NCBI GenBank assembly: GCA_040954595.2
Contig: CM082586.2
Location: forward strand, 6,248,509 to 6,312,508
Length of the DNA stretch: 64,000 nt
Reading direction: 5' to 3'
Source: Balanoglossus misakiensis
Taxonomy: Eukaryota > Animalia > Hemichordata
The notes under the pieces were generated by a model. It did not search any database. It was not told where the DNA came from and was given only the letters and a program-made list of their open reading frames with translations. Positions 61,879-64,000 of the stretch are shown here, piece after piece; position 1 is the stretch's first letter, and each line of letters starts with the position of its first letter. A program made the translations under genes and the position numbers.

Positions 61879-63804
61879 TCATCATCAGTATGATCTGATT
61901 CTGTTCACACTGATCAATCACTGGCCTGACACCACTTCCCCCGAAAACTCCCCCCCCCCCCTCCACCCATCTTCCTGTTGTAACCTGTCAACCCCTATTT
62001 TACCGTGGCCAGACTACGACGCGGAGGCGAGAACATGAATGAGCCAGAGGAGAACTATTACCAAGAAGGGACAGAAACGACAGAAGCTAAACTTCTGAGT
62101 AAGTATCCCCACATTAAATTATGCCTTGTTTAGTATACATGGTGATATGCAACTGATTGTAAAGTATTTAGCAGATGTGATGCTATCATGTGTGATTCTT
62201 ATCGAAGGAATTCCCTCCAGGGAGGAAGTTTCTAATTTCATTTGCCTAGATGATCATCAAACTGTTTGTTTTCAAAACAATGGGAAAATATATAATTATT
62301 ATGCTATATTCCAACCTCTTGGAAATAATAAGAAGTAATATAGATTTAATCGGTTTTAATGATGTTCTTTTATTATTTGTAGACGCCACAGTGGAAGCTC
62401 GACCAGAAACAGAGAGGGGTAAGAGAATATTAGTTATGTAAATGGTGTGCATTTCTACTGTGTGGAGAGACAGTGTAGAACTGCCTTGGCGAATTGTCTA
62501 TAAATATCATGTGTGTGAATAGGAGGGAAAATGCGGCATCGGAAACTGAGGTTACCTGATTGTTTTACTATGAAAAAGCATATGTCACTCCTAAAATAGG
62601 TTATTTTTCCTTGTCTATATGTCAAGTGGTTCTGGCGGTATGATACAGACTGTTTAATCCGAACTCCACGAGACCATATCTGATACTCCTAGTGGTTATA
62701 GGCAATCTATGCCATTGTGTCACAGGACAAAAAAACACATGGTGAATTCTGCACCTGGTCTACATTTATACAAAACCTGATTTGTATTTCTTGGCCAGCT
62801 AACCATTGTTAGAGTCTCGCGATGAGTTGAAAATCATTCATTGTCTCCAGTGCACTGACTCCTGTCTGTTTGTGTTGCAGATTTGAAGTCCTTCGGGGAC
62901 ATTGGTGGACGAATGTAAGTTACAATGAATTTATTCTAGAGACAACGTTCTGGCATTAATCTGTGTGGTTAAATCCCAATTTCAGTTCATATGCTATGAC
63001 TGCCATGAATAGTGCCCAAGCCATGGTATTTTAGTAAGGTCCAGCTGAGGCTGAATTTCAGAAAAGTACTTCCACGATACACGTGATGTCATTTTAGGAA
63101 TATTGACACAGGCCTTATTCGCGCCAGGCACGTTGTCATTACCATACCCCCATATTTCACTTCCCCTTTCATTTAATCTCATAAAGAATTATGCGGGAAA
63201 TCACCGAAGAAGAAGGCAACCCGGAAGAAGGCACAGACGATGGTGAGCAACGTTCTCTGTTGAATTCATTCTCCATGACGCCACTCTAGTATATACATTG
63301 ATGTTGAGGTGCGGTAGTTCATTGCGTACGGTGCAATGATATAACGAGAGGAAGCGATAGCTTGTTTTCTGTACAGTCACTTACTTTATTGGACACCAAC
63401 ATGTGTAGTGGATGAACATCACTGACCAAGTCTGAACTGAGTTGAACACCCACAAGAACGGAAAAACCCCACCAAACTTACATAACACATACATGCATAA
63501 TGAGACTATCATTTACATATCAAAGAAAGTGACCATCTGGGTAAAGTTCAGTTTACTCCAACACATCGTCGCAAACCACGGCCCTTTTATTGTGTACAAT
63601 CAGCATAGTTTAGCTCTACACATGAGTGGTGTGGTAATATTACCATAGTTCCCAATTATGCAGTAGAGTTGTTTGATAAATAAAGTTTCAGAGTTTTTCA
63701 ACGGTTTTATATATTTAATCTTTTGGTTTTATTTTCTCTAAATTTTGACCAGATATCTTCAGCTCGCTCGACATTGTTGATAGACTCCTATTAGAAGCGT
63801 ACAA
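57677..63804 (+). CDS. Gene 5 (3' end may lie outside window): secreted multi-peptide precursor with signal peptide, acidic spacers and cationic D[ST]N[IM]L peptides; >=326 aa, 13 small coding exons
   Basis: Exons 57677-57809, 59358-59430, 59579-59676, 59940-60015, 60616-60707, 60960-61062, 61310-61368, 61591-61672, 62013-62098, 62383-62418, 62881-62914, 63187-63242, 63753-63804 are all AG/GT bounded and phase-consistent with no stops. Signal peptide MAGWIWKTLVLLFPVILFLQVSNC; KR/RR sites flank the repeated peptides. Confidence 0.8.
57836..58076. mobile_element. MITE-like element, same family as 39916-40179, in an intron of gene 5
   Basis: Left end ttttcatgacccctacgtgaccttacatcctcgtgcttc and right end ggatgtacgaggctgtaaggtcatgtacgggtcatgaaa form imperfect inverted repeats. 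Confidence 0.75.
61695..61887 (+). repeat. (CAT)n/(CAC)n microsatellite, intronic in gene 5
   Basis: Read directly from the sequence. It explains the poly-M/poly-D ORFs. Confidence 0.95.
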
Positions 63805-64000
63805 GTAAGTTATATCACCTCAAAGTTACATGTATGTGAGTACTGTTTATGAGTCATTTTTCAGTTCAGTTATTCATATCACATAAATCAAAATCTCGAA
63901 CGTTTAGCTCAAGACAACTTTAGACTATTTCCTTTAAAGATATAGAATAAAAATTGTGGGTCACCATGCAAAAAAGGCCGAGGTCATCAGTGATTGAACG

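Noticed and set aside
61592-61966. Poly-Met/poly-Asp ORFs (and similar ORFs at 39119-39397, 19073-19384, 24512-24715)
   Set aside because: Microsatellite translations.
1-64000. Prokaryotic features (CRISPR arrays, operons), tRNA or rRNA genes
   Set aside because: The sequence is spliced eukaryotic DNA. I saw no repeat-spacer array or structured RNA gene.

Overview
Intron-rich animal genomic DNA (AT-rich, GT-AG introns mostly a few hundred bp, many microsatellites). It looks like a marine invertebrate, probably a deuterostome such as an echinoderm or hemichordate, but that is inference. I assembled five genes by hand from splice sites and exon phases. (1) Minus strand, 10084 to <58, truncated at the window edge: type II membrane mosaic protein (TM-SEA-mucin-CUB-YWTD propeller-EGF-CUB-CUB-LDLa-CUB...). 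(2) Plus strand, 23508-40760, its head-to-head relative: a 38-exon, ~2121-aa type II transmembrane polyprotease (TM-SEA-S/T-EGF2-FZ2-EGF2-FZ-SP1-LDLa-CUB-LDLa7-CUB-LDLa3-SRCR-SP2) with two catalytically intact S1 domains whose predicted specificities differ. (3, 4) Two tandem-duplicated minus-strand genes for unrecognised N-terminal two-TM plus long coiled-coil proteins (42180-45029 and ~47511-50187). (5) A plus-strand gene made of small exons, mostly missed by the ORF track (57677 to >63804). It encodes a secreted prepro-polypeptide in which acidic spacers alternate with basic-site-flanked, strongly cationic peptides sharing a D[ST]N[IM]L C-terminal motif, built from a repeated two-exon module. 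Gene 5 is the best candidate for an undescribed system (peptide hormone/neuropeptide or antimicrobial peptide precursor). Also present: a MITE-like family, a ~487-bp tandem duplication and several microsatellites. All gene models are manual predictions without transcript evidence.
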